Shown here: piece after piece, positions 1 through 11,791 of the stretch
How positions within the stretch are numbered: the stretch's first letter is position 1
How the letters are laid out: each line of letters starts with the position of its first letter
NCBI GenBank assembly: GCA_002269645.1
Contig: NIVC01000232.1
Coordinates: 381,684 to 445,683 of the forward strand
Direction of reading: 5' to 3'
Source of the DNA: Macrostomum lignano
Lineage: Eukaryota
DNA length: 64,000 nt
Position numbers and translations under genes: made by a program
Notes under the pieces: model-generated
What the model saw: the letters and a program-made list of their open reading frames with translations, nothing else
Databases searched by the model: none
What the model was told of the DNA's origin: nothing

Positions 1-182
1 CCTTTGAGTGGGGATTTATGATTTCTAAGGAGGGTTTTATGATTCATGATTTCTAAGTGAGGATTTATGGTTTCTAAATGAGAATTTATGGTTAATGAGT
101 GGAGAGTTATGATTAATGAGTCGAACACCCGATCACGCAGGGATAAATAATTCGATTCAAAACAAATAAAACAAATACTCAC

Positions 183-596
183 CCTCCAGCATAATAGCGT
201 CCCACAGTCGCAGAGTTGCAAACGCTGGCAGGCAGGTAGAAAACAGAGTTAAAAACCATTGAATAGTGAAGACGTTAACTAGCGGTGGCTCGTAGACAAC
301 AGCGGCAGTGGCTGGTGAAGAGGCCGCGTGAGCAGCAGAAGCAGCCGCCTGCAGCCTGTCCAGATGATTGGACAACTGCGGCAGGTGAGCGCGAAGGAGC
401 TGACGGAACACCGCCATGTCCACAGTTAAAGCTTGCAGATTTTGAGCAAAGTAGCTCTCAGGCAGGCAGCTGTCAACTAGAAAGATCATCACTTTTAATG
501 CTTCATCTTCGTTGCGTTCCATCACTTCGAGAATTAGCGCGGCCAACACGTTGAAGCCTTGGCAGTAGCCAACTCGCTTGTTCCAGCGGGCGTAGG
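183..596 (-). CDS. TBC1D30: TBC1D30-like Rab-GAP, coding exon 4 (TBC domain); gene continues off the left edge
   Basis: Translates AYARWNKRVGYCQGFNVLAALILEVMERNEDEALKVMIFLVDSCLPESYFAQNLQALTVDMAVFRQLL...YEPPLVNVFTIQWFLTLFSTCLP...LRLWDAIMLEG. Contains the YCQG motif and is closely similar to TBC1D30 as I recall it. Acceptor ccccag, donor gtgagt, phase 1 in. Confidence 0.9.
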
Positions 597-614
597 CTGG
601 GGTGAGTAAAGTGA

Positions 615-1217
615 AGGGTGAGATTCTTGAGGTTTGTAGGGTGAGATTCTTGGGGTATGTAGGGTGAGATTCTTGGGGTTTGTAGGGTAAGAATGTAAGA
701 TTCTCGGGGTTTGTAGGGTGAGATTCTTGAGGTTTGTAGGGTGAGATTCTTGAGGTTTGTAGGGTGAGATTCTTGGGGTATGTAGGGTGAGATTCTTGGG
801 GTTTGTAGGGTAAGAATGTAAGATTCTCGGGGTTTGTAGGGTGAGATTCTTGAGGTTTGTAGGGTGAGATTCTTGGGGTATGTAGGGTGAGATTCTTGGG
901 GTTTGTAGGGTAAGAATGTAAGATTCTCGGGGTTTGTAGGGTGAGATTCTTGAGGTTTGTAGGGTGAGATTATTGGGGTTTGTAGGGTGAAATTCTTGGG
1001 GTTTGTAGAGTGAGATTCTTGGGGTTTGTAGGGTGAGATTCTTGGGGTATGTAGGGTGAGATTCTTGGGGTTTGTAGGGTAAGAATGTAAGATTCTCTCG
1101 GGGTTTGTAGGGTGAAATTCTTGGGGTTTGTAGAGTGAAATTCTTAAGATTTGTAGGGTAAGATTCTTAGGGTTTGTAGGGTGAGATTCTGGGGACTTGT
1201 AGGGTGAGATTCTTGGG
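615..1217. repeat. 23-bp minisatellite (tgtagggtgagattcttggggtt), TBC1D30 intron 3
   Basis: Directly visible tandem array with recurring variant blocks. Confidence 0.95.
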
Positions 1218-1611
1218 TATTATGGTCGATACAGTACAAGCTTTTGGGTACAGAAAAATCAAGTCGCTCTAGACTTAAAAAGTACACTTTGTGAATAATG
1301 CAAAGACATTGTCAGGCGGGGGGAGACCGGACCTCTGCGCATACCCTAGGGAAATTTACAGCTAATGGGAAATCACCTCAGCTCGTACGCTCGCATATCT
1401 CAACAGTGCGCGCATGAATATTTAATCATAGTTAATTTTAGACTGGGAAACAATCTCTTAATGTACACTAATTTAAAATTATTTGCAGTCTAAATATAGT
1501 TTGTCTAAACATATCGCAATTGAACGTTAAATTTCTAAATGATTTTTTTGAAAATTTAATTCAGAAAAAGTAAGACACGCGATAATACAAAATTGCTTAC
1601 GTGTGAAGAGT

Positions 1612-2664
1612 GTGTGAGCACTGATAAGGGAGCCAGTGTGAGCACTGATAAGGGAGCCAGTGTGAGCACTGATAAGGGAGCCAGTGTGAGCACTGATAAG
1701 GGAGCCAGTGTGAGCACTGATAATTGAGCCAGTGTGATCACTGATAATTGAGCCAGTGTGAGCACTGATAAGGGAGCCAGTGTGAGCACTGATAAGGGAG
1801 CCAGTGTGAGCACTGATAAGGGAGCCATTGTGAGCACTGATAAGGGAGCCAGTGTGAGCACTGATAATTGAGCCAGTGTGAGCACTGATAATTGAGCCAG
1901 TGTGAGCACTGATAAGGGAGCCAGTGTGAGCACTGATAATTGAGCCAGTGTGAGCACTGATAAGGGAGCCAGTGTGAGCACTGATAAGGGAGCCAGTGTG
2001 AGCACTGATAAGGGAGCCAGTGTGAGCACTGATAAGGGAGCCAGTGTGAGCACTGATAAGGGAGCCAGTGTGAGCACTGATAAGGGAGCCATTGTGAGCA
2101 CTGATAAGGGAGCCAGTGTGAGCACTGATAATTGAGCCAGTGTGAGCACTGATAATTGAGCCAGTGTGAGCACTGATAAGGGAGCCAGTGTGAGCACTGA
2201 TAAGGGAGCCAGTGTGAGCACTGATAAGGGAGCCAGTGTGAGCACTGATAAGGGAGCCATTGTGAGCACTGATAAGGGAGCCAGTGTGAGCACTGATAAT
2301 TGAGCCAGTGTGAGCACTGATAATTGAGCCAGTGTGAGCACTGATAAGGGAGCCAGTGTGAGCACTGATAATTGAGCCAGTGTGAGCACTGATAAGGGAG
2401 CCAGTGTGAGCACTGATAAGGGAGCCGGTGTGAGCACTGATAAGGGAGCCAGTGTGAGCACTGATAAGGGAGCCAGTGTGAGCACTGATAAGGGAGCCAG
2501 TGTGAGCACTGATAAGGGAGCCAGTGTGAGCACTGATAAGGGAGCCATTGTGAGCACTGATAAGGGAGCCAGTGTGAGCACTGATAAGGGAGCCAGTGTG
2601 AGCACTGATAAGGGAGCCTTTGTGAGCACTGATAAGGGAGCCTTTGTGAGCACTGATAAGGGAG
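1612..2664. repeat. 24-bp minisatellite (gtgtgagcactgataagggagcca), TBC1D30 intron 3
   Basis: About 44 near-identical units. Confidence 0.97.
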
Positions 2665-2732
2665 TGATAAGTGAGTGTGAGCACAGAAAAAGTTCCCCGC
2701 AACCCGCAACCTGAAAAGTCCATTTCACTTAC

Positions 2733-2931
2733 CCAACAGCACGCGTTTGAGCACAGCCCTGTCGTGCTCAGAGCCGAACTCCTCGCAGCCAGTCCTGTGC
2801 AAATCCTTCACAATCTGATGGTCGAGTGAGTCATCGTCCGGATTCAATCGATCGTTGAAGCACAGCTTTCTGATTCGCTGCCAGTCCAGTCGCTGAGAGG
2901 CCAAGTAGAATTCGGCCAGAGATAGCCACAC
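2733..2931 (-). CDS. TBC1D30: TBC1D30-like coding exon 3
   Basis: VWLSLAEFYLASQRLDWQRIRKLCFNDRLNPDDDSLDHQIVKDLHRTGCEEFGSEHDRAVLKRVLL, with the IxxDLxRT TBC motif; AG acceptor, gtaagt donor. Confidence 0.92.
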
Positions 2932-3377
2932 CTTTGATGGGGGAGACGGGTAGGGAATTTAGGGATGCTGGGTATAGCAAGTTATTGAGATATTATTAGT
3001 TCACTTTTGGATTGTAATATCAGAGAGGGTTGTGAATAGTTCCTAAAGAGTCTGGGAGGGTTCTGAATGGTCCCTAATGAATCAGGGAGGGTTGTGAATG
3101 GTTTCAAAAGAATCAAGGAGGGTTGTGAGTGGTCCCTAAAGTATCAAGGAGGGATGTGAATGGTCCCTAAAGAACTGGGAGGGTTGTGAATGGTCCCAAA
3201 CGAATCAACGAGGGTTGTAAATGGTTCCAAAAGAATCAAGGAGGGCTGTGAGTGGTCCTTAAAGTATCAAGAAGAGTTGTGAATGGTCCCTAATGAATCA
3301 GGGAGGGTTTTAAATGGTCCCAAAAGAATCAAGGAGGGATGTGAATGGTCCCTAAAGAATCTGGGAGGGTTGTGAAT

Positions 3378-5592
3378 ACACCAACGTGAAATCCTTCCGG
3401 CCCATCAGCCTCACTTCCTTTTGTGTTAAGCTGATGGAGAGGCTCATCCTGTGGAGGCTTCGAGAGTGCGACCTGCGCTCCGACCCTGTCAGTAAGTACC
3501 AGTACGCCTTCCAGCCTGGGAGGACGACTGAGCATGCTCTCCACGCCATTACCTCCAAAATTGAGAGTGCCATCCTTAGCAAACAACTCGCTTGCGGGTT
3601 GTTCGTTGACTTCGAAGGAGCATTTGACAATGTCCTCTTCCGCTCCTTCAGAAATTCTCTTTCCCGCAGGAATGTAAGACACAGCATTGTTCGCTGGATT
3701 TATTTTATGATCCGCAAAAGGTTTGTGACATCCACACTTATGGGCGTTACCCTCACCCGGGCGGTGATGAAAGGCGGCCCGCAAGGTGGCGTGCTAACTC
3801 CACTTCTCTGGAATCTCGTCATGGACGAACTTCTAACCGCTGACATTCCCAGCAGTATCACCAGGGCGGGCTACGCCGATGACGTTGCCGCGGTCGTCAG
3901 CGGACCCGACCCGCCACTCTGCGCAACCTGATGCAGCAATTCGCCGACAAGGCGGCCGACTGGGCTACACAGCATGGCCTAAAAATCAGCGTCACTAAGA
4001 CTGTCGCTGTCGTTTTCACCAAGCGCCGTAAGTGGGAGATGAAAAACCTCACTGTCTATGGCAGAAACATCCCCTTCAAGAAGGAGGTCAAATACCTCGG
4101 TGTGACGCTAACGCATGACCTGCGCTGGACGAAGCACCTTGATAACGTCATCGGTCGGGCAAAACGCTGCTTTGCCCAGCTGCGCAGAGCCATCGGGCCG
4201 ACTTGGGGCCTCTCGCCTAGAACGGTCCGTTGGATTTATACCGGCATCATCCGGCCCAGTATCACATACGCGAGTCTCATCTGGACTAGCGTGCTGGAGC
4301 AGAAGGCCACCCGTCAGCGGCTGTACCAGCTTCAGGGCAGCATTTGCCGTGCCATCACAGGTGCGTACCCGTCCACCCCTTACGAGGGGCTGAACACTAT
4401 CCTTAACCTACCTCCGCTTCACCTATTTATTAGGGCGGAGGCTATGAAGTCTGCCTCCCGGCTTATCAGAGATAAAACGTTAAATAACGCACCCTCTGGC
4501 TTTATGCCAATGAAAACATTAATCCCGCATATGGACTTTGTCCGCCGCGACCTTAACAACATCCACATGGACCTGGGCAATGTGGATAGTCGACCTCCCG
4601 CCCTCAACATCAGGAGGGGCTTCAAGACCGCCATCCCTGGCCGAGACAACATTCCGCTGGATGTCGGTGTGAACCGGCGCAGCCAGGGCATTCACTGCTT
4701 CACCGACGGCTCGCTGTTCAACGGCCGCGCTGGAGCGGGTATTGCCATTTTCCACGAGGGTAAGATGCTTCTCCAGGAAAGTCTGCACCTCGGTGAGAAC
4801 ACCTCAGTTTTCCAAGCTGAAATTTGCGCCATTGAGCAGTGTGCCCAGCAACTGTTTCAGGCGAACATTAATAATTTTGACATTAATTTCTACACTGATA
4901 GCCAAGCTGCTATTAAGGCCTTAACCACTGAGAATATCTCCGCTGCTACAGTATCTCAATGCCACCGCAGTGTGCAATCTCTCTCAGTCCTTAACAGGAT
5001 TAGAATTATCTGGACACCTGGTCACAGCAACATCCTGGGCAACGAGCTCGCGGACTCTCTCGCCAAGGAGGGCAGCAACCCAGACGGCAACCACCGTCTG
5101 ATGAGGCTACCCACCCCCAGGTCGCAAGTCACCCGCCATATCAACAGGTGGCTCCATCAGCAGCACCAGCTCCACTGGAACAGCTGCACCGAGTACAGGC
5201 AGAGCCGCTCTGCCATGCCTAACCTGAACAGGAAAGTCTCTGATTATCTGATTTCGCTTAACAGAACCGACCTCAGGGAGATGTGCATGGTCCTAACCGG
5301 CCACGGATTCTTCCAGAGACATATATCGTTGCAAACCGGTTGCCCTCCCACCTGTCCCTTCTGTGGCATAGGAGAGGAGACCGCGGAGCATCACGTCACC
5401 TTCTGCCCTTACTTCAACAAGGCGCGGCACAAATACCTCGGCCACCCCCAGCGGATGGACGAGCTGACCACCGCGGACAATATCCGAGACCTCCGCGCCT
5501 TCGTCCGGGACTCCGGCCGGATGAGGGTCGCCGATGCCTCCACTGCGGACCTGCCGACTACTGGCGGGGACTGGGCGCACCCCCAAGGCTAA
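3378..5592 (+). pseudogene. Truncated ORF2 (RT-RNase H) with a frameshift near 3913
   Basis: Two ORFs (3386-3931, 3931-5592) join into one continuous RT if a single base is restored at gacccgccactctg ([10 protein letters not shown]); no endonuclease domain is present. Confidence 0.85.
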
Positions 5593-5688
5593 TCCTTGTG
5601 CTCTTTTACCTTGGGGTTGCGATAGGGGCCTCGCGGCCTATTCGCGGCGCCTGCGCCCCCCGTCAGTAGTAAGTAAGTAAGTAAGTAA
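3378..5688 (+). mobile_element. 5'-truncated non-LTR retrotransposon (RT + RNase H + C-terminal Cys/His motif; R1/LOA-like, I group), antisense in TBC1D30 intron 2
   Basis: RT motifs KSFRPISLTS, QYAFQPGRTT, FVDFEGAFDNV, PQGGVLTPLLWNL, YADD, KYLGV. RNase H motifs [36 protein letters not shown]. Also CPFCG...[10 protein letters not shown], a short 3' UTR and an (AGTA)n/(TAAG)n tail. Flanked by an exact 127-bp direct repeat (3251-3377 / 5690-5816). Confidence 0.93.
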
Positions 5689-6244
5689 GAGTGGTCCTTA
5701 AAGTATCAAGAAGAGTTGTGAATGGTCCCTAATGAATCAGGGAGGGTTTTAAATGGTCCCAAAAGAATCAAGGAGGGATGTGAATGGTCCCTAAAGAATC
5801 TGGGAGGGTTGTGAATGGTCTCTAATGAATCAAGGAGGGTTGTGAATGGTCCCGAATGAATCAAGGAGGGATGTGAATGGTCCCTAAAGAATCTGGGAGG
5901 GTTGTGAATGGTCACAAAAGAATCTATGAGGGTTGTGAATGGTCCCTAATGAATCAAGGAGGGTTGTGAATGGTCCCTAATGAATCAGGTAGGGTTGTGA
6001 ATGGTCCCGAAAGAATCTGGAAAGGTTCTGAATGGTCCTGGAAGAATCTGGGAGGGTTGTGAATGGTCCCTAAAGTATCAAGGAGGGTTGTGAATGGTCC
6101 CGAAAGAATCTGGAAAGGTTCTGAATGGTCCCGAAAGAATCTGGGAGGGTTGTGAATGGTCCCTATATGATCAGCAATACTTGTGAATGCATTAATCTGA
6201 TAAATAATGAAGCTACACATAAAAACTAAACCAAAAGTACAAAC

Positions 6245-6372
6245 CTTTCTGCGAAACTCAACGGGAATTCCATTGGGCAGCCGGGCCACGGCGCGCATGC
6301 CATCGCGCCACTGATAAAAAGCATCCTCGCCAGGTTTTGGCTCGATTGTAAACTTCAGCTTTGCGTCCTGGC
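6245..6372 (-). CDS. TBC1D30: TBC1D30-like coding exon 2
   Basis: QDAKLKFTIEPKPGEDAFYQWRDGMRAVARLPNGIPVEFRRK; tttaacag acceptor (phase 1), gtttgt donor; in frame with both neighbouring exons. Confidence 0.88.
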
Positions 6373-6683
6373 CTGTTAAATGACGGTAAGACACAGGGAA
6401 CTGAGGGAAGAATAGCATGAGTACTAGGTCTGGTAGTCGCGGGTTTGATTCCGCTGATAAGGGTCACAGGGTGCAAGTACACTGACGGAGATGAGGGCGT
6501 GCTCTGAATCAGCAGTCCTCGCTGGCGCAAAACATTTTTAGTAGCTAGGCTAAACAGATATACAACAAAAAGCACTGATGCAAACATATAAATTAATACG
6601 AAAGTGTGAGGCTTGTAGCACCGCGTGCAACAGGACTTAAGCGGTACTTAAGCAATCCGGGATTTGAAACACAAGCAGAAACT

Positions 6684-6754
<71 letters not shown>
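6684..6754. repeat. (AGAC)n microsatellite
   Basis: About 17 perfect units. Confidence 0.97.
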
Positions 6755-6764
6755 TAAGACAGAT

Positions 6765-7555
6765 AGAAAAGCAGGCAGGCGGACACAGCCACAAAGACAC
6801 AATCACACATAAAGCAGGCAGGCGGACACAGCCACCAAGACACAATCACACATAAAGCAGGCAGGCACGCACAGCCACCAAGACACAATCACACATAAAG
6901 CAGGCAGGCGGACACAGCCACCAAGACACAATCACACATAAAGCAGGCAGGCGGACACAGCCACCAAGACACAATCACACATAAAGCAGGCAGGCGGACA
7001 CAGCCACCAAGACACAATCACACATAAAGCAGGCAGGCGGACACAGCCACCAAGACACAATCACACATAAAGCAGGCAGGCGGACACAGCCACAAAGACA
7101 CAATCACACATAAAGCAGGCAGGCGGACACAGCCACCAAGACACAATCACACATAAAGCAGGCAGGCGGACACAGCCACCAAGACACAATCACACATAAA
7201 GCAGGCAGGCGGACACAGCCACAAAGACACAATCACACATAAAGCAGGCAGGCACGCACAGCCACAAAGACACAATCACACATAAAGCAGGCAGGCGGAC
7301 ACAGCCACCAAGACACAATCACACATAAAGCAGGCAGGCGGACACAGCCACAAAGACACAATCACACATAAAGCAGGCAGGCGGACACAGCCACAAAGAC
7401 ACAATCACACATAAAGCAGGCAGGCACGCACAGCCACAAAGACACAATCACACATAAAGCAGGCAGGCGGACACAGCCACAAAGACACAATCACACATAA
7501 AGCAGGCAGGCGGACACAGCCACCAAGACACAATCACACATAAAGCAGGCACGCA
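6765..7555. repeat. 42-43-bp minisatellite (cacaatcacacataaagcaggcaggcggacacagccaccaaga)
   Basis: About 18 units in TBC1D30 intron 1. Confidence 0.95.
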
Positions 7556-8504
7556 CATCAACTCAAACAAAAGCAGGCAGATGACGAAAGTTCTAAACGT
7601 TCGTATAGAGAAAAATAGTCAGAGCTGCCAGCAGAAGCTAACAGAAGTAGCTGCCAACCCCCGGTGCTCCCGAACTGCGTGCATAAGCAGAGCAACTCAA
7701 AGCAACTACCATGGAACTCTGCCTAGATACTTGGCCTTTATAATTGCCAAGTCCAAGGGCTATTCTCAATCTTCAGCCTATATAAGCCAACTGAAAATCC
7801 ATGCAGTGTCAAGCAGACAAAGGGCAAGCAAAATAAAGAATAATAGAAGATACTTAAAAAGAGAATGAGCGCTCTCTCTCTCTCTCTCTCGGTCTCTCTC
7901 TGTACGTGTCTTTGACTGTCCGACCACCGTCATGAGCAAAAGAAAACACGACCCAACCCTTACAGAGAGCCGGTTTGCTCTGTCTTTAAAGCTGGCAATT
8001 TTCCAACTGAAAATTTAATTTTCAATTCCTATTCTTTGCCTAAATTCTATCAGGATTGAATTAAAAAGACCCCCGAGAAAACACACACTTCTATCTTTCC
8101 AACAACGAACCAAATGTTAATTAGGTGAACTGGAGAATAAATAGCGAATAAAATAAGTATTTAAACTTCCATGGCACAGCAAACAGAGGGCAGAACGTGA
8201 CTAAAAGTCTGTTTTTTGTAGAAAAATACATTAATCTCGGAGCCTTTATAAATTAGCAGAATTTGAGAATATAACTGCAGTGTTTGTGTGGCCTCGGTTC
8301 ATTTGAAGAATATTGTTCACCTGTTCTAATCTATTTGGGAGGCAATAAATTTAGTCATAGCTATACGCGAAAAGCAGATAACAGAGTTATTCTCAAAGAA
8401 AGAAATGGCGATTAAGAATTTGTGCTGGCAATGTAATGAAACATGTAAATCTATGACTAAGAGAAAATTTAAGCTGACATATGCGAAAACAGAGTACTAA
8501 GGAA

Positions 8505-9530
8505 CAGAGAGGAAAGGAGAGGGAAGACGAAAGGAGAAAAGAGAGAAGAGGAGAGATGAGAAAAGAGAAGAGAGGAGAGAGGAGAGAAGAGGGGAGAGGA
8601 GAGAGGAAAGAGAAGAGAGGAGAGGAGAGGGGAGAGGAGAGAGGAGAGGAGAGAGGAAAAAAGATGAGAGAAAAGAAGAGAGAAGAGAGGAAGAGGAGAG
8701 GAGAGAGGAGAAATGAGATAAGAGGAGAGGATAGAGGAGAGAAGAGGGGAGAGAAGAGAAGAGGCGAGAAGTGAGGAGATGAGAGGAGGGATGACAAATG
8801 AGAAGATATAAGAGAGGGGAGCGGAGAGGAGATGAGATGAGAGATGACAAATGAGAAGATATAAGAGAGGGGAGAGGAGAGGAGATGAGATGAGAGATGA
8901 CAAATGAGAAGATATAAGAGAGGAGAGAAGTGAGGAGATGAGAGGAGGGATGACAAATGAGAAGATATAAGAGCGGGGAGAGGAGAGGAGATGAGAGGGA
9001 GGAGATGAGATGAGAGATGACGAATGAGAAGATATAAGAGAGGGGAGCGGAGAGGAGATGAGATGAGAGATGACAAATGAGAAGATATAAGAGAGGGGAG
9101 AGGAGAGATGAGATGAGATGAGAGATGACAAATGAGAAGATATAAGAGAGGGGAGAGGAGAGGAGATGAGATGAGAGATGACAAATGATAAGATATAACA
9201 GAGGGGAGAGGAGAGATGAGATGAGATGAGAGATGACAAATGAGAAGATATAAGAGAGGAGAGATGAGATGAGATGAGAGATGATAAATGATAAGATATA
9301 AGAGAGGGGAGAGGAGAGGAGATGAGATGAGAGATGACAAATGAGAAGATATAAGAGAGGAGAGATGAGATGAGATGAGAGATGACAAATGAGAAGATAT
9401 AAGAGAGGGGAGAGGAGAGATGAGATGAGATGAGAGATGATAAATGATAAGATATAAGAGAGGGGAGAGGAGAGGAGATGAGATGAGAGATGACAAATGA
9501 GAAGATATAAGAGAGGGGAGAGGAGACGGA
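8505..9530. repeat. GA-rich low-complexity tract grading into a gagatga/tgacaaatgagaagatataaga repeat
   Basis: Polypurine on the plus strand with a recurrent ~40-55-bp module. Confidence 0.9.
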
Positions 9531-9650
9531 AGCAAAATGGCAGGACAGAGAAAGCAAAGTTATCCCAGGAGCCAAATCGAATCCAACAGCTGGAGAGCAG
9601 ACCCGATGACAAAATTCAACCAAATGAGCAGTCTACATAGCAGTCTTCAC

Positions 9651-9981
9651 CTGACACCAGGATAGTCTGAGACTTTCCGCCAGTAAGATTGGCCAAACAG
9701 CCATCCTGTCGTTGCGACTGCAATCGCTGCGTGTTGGACCGGAGTTTGCGCAAATTATCAGCTAGCACGGCTCTATTGGAAGACTCTGGACCGTGTTGCT
9801 GCTGCTGTTGTTGTTGCTGTTGTTGCTTTAGCAGAAAATCGTCCATTTGTCTTTTAGCAGTCGGACTATTAATATTACTAGAATTATTATTCTCTAAGTT
9901 GTTCAACTCCGAACAGTGAATCAGAGGCATTGAAGCGGATGTACTTAACGAACTTCCACTGAGATGACTACCGCTAGACAT
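9651..9981 (-). CDS. Candidate alternative first coding exon of TBC1D30-like gene
   Basis: ATG-initiated 110-codon low-complexity ORF (MSSGSHLSGSS...QQQQQQQQQQHGPESSNRAVLADNLRKLRSNTQRLQSQRQDG...QTILVS) ending at a phase-1 G|gtgaag donor compatible with exon 2; GC-rich island in an AT-rich intron. Confidence 0.5.
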
Positions 9982-11333
9982 TTTTTGTCTTTTTATACAG
10001 ATGAGTTGCCTGATTTTTAACAAAAATCTCAAAATTAAAACTATACGCCTACGATAGATGTGGACTCTGCAATAGTTCTGTTGGGATGTTATTTTTAGAG
10101 CCTACGGGCCCGAGTACAGATAGCTAGCATGTGTATATATAGGAAGAACTAGAAGGAAGAGAGGGAGGGGGAGAGAGGGAGACAGAGAGTACAGAGTACA
10201 GGGCCGGATGCACTTACCCCTAACGTAGATCCTACAACCTACCGATCAATACGCTGATGCTGTGTCAGTGGTGTACATTAAGCAGATTTTGGCCTGCTGG
10301 CAGGGCGTGGGGAGGGCGGGTAAGGGGAAGAGAAAAGAGGGAGGATGAGAGGGGGGAAAATTCCCAAATTTAGCTTGAGCTATAGCAGCTCAAAGGATGC
10401 AATGGGAAGAGACACGAGACTGAGGACAGGGAGAAAAATGGGAAGCCAAAAAAGCATGGGATGAGCGGATTCACACACGGATCTATGTAGCTGCTAAACA
10501 AGACGATGGAGTGAAAATATAAGGAATGCAAAATGAAAAGAAATTTCTTTAGCAGGTCTGTTTGAACAGAGTTAAATAATAATAAGAGGCCGACGGAGAC
10601 CTTGCTTAGCCCTCTTCTCAGCTCTGCCATTGGACAGAATAGAAGTCTTTTTATTCAAGCCAGCTAGCATAATTTCTATTGGATAATACACATGCAAATG
10701 GTACCTAGGCCAAGAAGCGTTCCTAGAGTCGGGGCAGGTAACACAGGTAAAATATGTATGGCAAGAAGTGACTTTAGAAGAATTTTTTAAAAAAAGGTCG
10801 AGATGTCCCGGTTACAAATCGTCAAAGAGTCGCCTAAAAGTCAATTTGAGTCGTCTTATTGTTTTCTTCTTCTATAAATGACTCTGCGGCCGTAGAGTAT
10901 AGTCGTTATACTCGTAGAATCACTAGAGTTTTTTGTGATTTTTGTTTCGTTTTCATACGTTTTAGGCCTTAAAAGTGTGTTTCGTTGTCTAGAATAAAAT
11001 AAAATACAACCCGGAAAATACCAACGTCTACTTGAGTTTAGTAGAAAGTTAAGCACATTTTTTTGCAACTATACTCAGCAACATCGCCACTTTTGAGAGT
11101 GCAGGTGAAGTCAATCTTTGCGAGTGACGCAACTTAGCTACGCCACGCGGCAGACTTGAGTTGAGGAATGAAGTGGGGGATAGCGGTGTGCGAGGGTTAG
11201 ACAGATTGAAGCCACCCCGATCAGTATTCTCGTATCTTTTGTCTCAGAACAGTCCAAGATAAACTGCTCACTAGCGCATAGAGTGCCGATTTTTCAATGT
11301 TGCGCCCTCTGCAACTACAAGTTTAGTTATACC

Positions 11334-11791
11334 CACAGATTCTAGAATAACCAGATGGGCCACTCAGCACATTTGCGTGTAAGCTACTTTCAGTTCAGTA
11401 GCAAGTTAAACAGAAGCATTTTAATGTATTTTTAAAGCCAAGGCTCATTTATTGCTCTTACCCCCCTCCCCCACTTAAACCTCCAACCGCGCCTTTCCAC
11501 ACTACCCCCCTCGCCCCGCCCCACCCTAATTTTTATTGCCTTTCTCGGGATTCCAGCCTAAAGCGGCCATGTACATTTCAGTGGACTGGCTAATGTACAT
11601 TACTGCCGAACCAATTAGCAAGCTGTTTACGCCTGCAAGCTTGGGCTTCTAAACTTATCAAAGTCATTTCAGCTGCCTTTATTTTTATAAAATAGCTTAT
11701 GTATACTTCCTTGCTACTGAACTGAAAGTAGAAAGCTGTTTTACTAAGTATATATGCCTGAGTGGCCCATCTAGTTACTTCAGTATCTGTG
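11334..11791. mobile_element. Non-autonomous hAT-like MITE, copy A (458 bp)
   Basis: Imperfect TIRs of about 34 bp (CACAGAT[A/T]CT...AGATGGGCCACTCAG), an inner inverted repeat TACTTTCAGTTCAGTAGCAAG, and an 8-bp TSD GTTATACC on both sides. Confidence 0.85.

Larger units (their letters stand above)
3023..6165. repeat. ~31-bp minisatellite (gggagggttgtgaatggtccctaatgaatca) split by the LINE insertion (3023-3377 and 5689-6165)
   Basis: Same unit on both sides of the retrotransposon; units are diverged from each other. Confidence 0.95.

Noticed and set aside
1527-2728. Long ORFs (SAHTGSLI, LAPLSVLT, YQCSHWLP repeats)
   Set aside because: Translations of a 24-bp intronic minisatellite; open in several frames simply because the unit lacks stops.
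3929-3933. TGATG stop-start overlap in the LINE suggesting termination-reinitiation
   Set aside because: It falls inside the RT domain just after YADD; a 1-bp deletion near 3913 explains it better.
6425-6460. B-box-like GGTTTGATTCC (also GGTTCGACCTC near 33055)
   Set aside because: No convincing A box or cloverleaf; too little evidence for a Pol III gene or SINE.
8393-9623. 380-aa Ser/Leu-rich ORFs in three frames
   Set aside because: Low-complexity CT-rich strand of a GA repeat inside TBC1D30 intron 1.
10370-10630. ORF MAELRRGLSK... as another TBC1D30 exon
   Set aside because: No compatible phase-1 donor and no similarity to the family.
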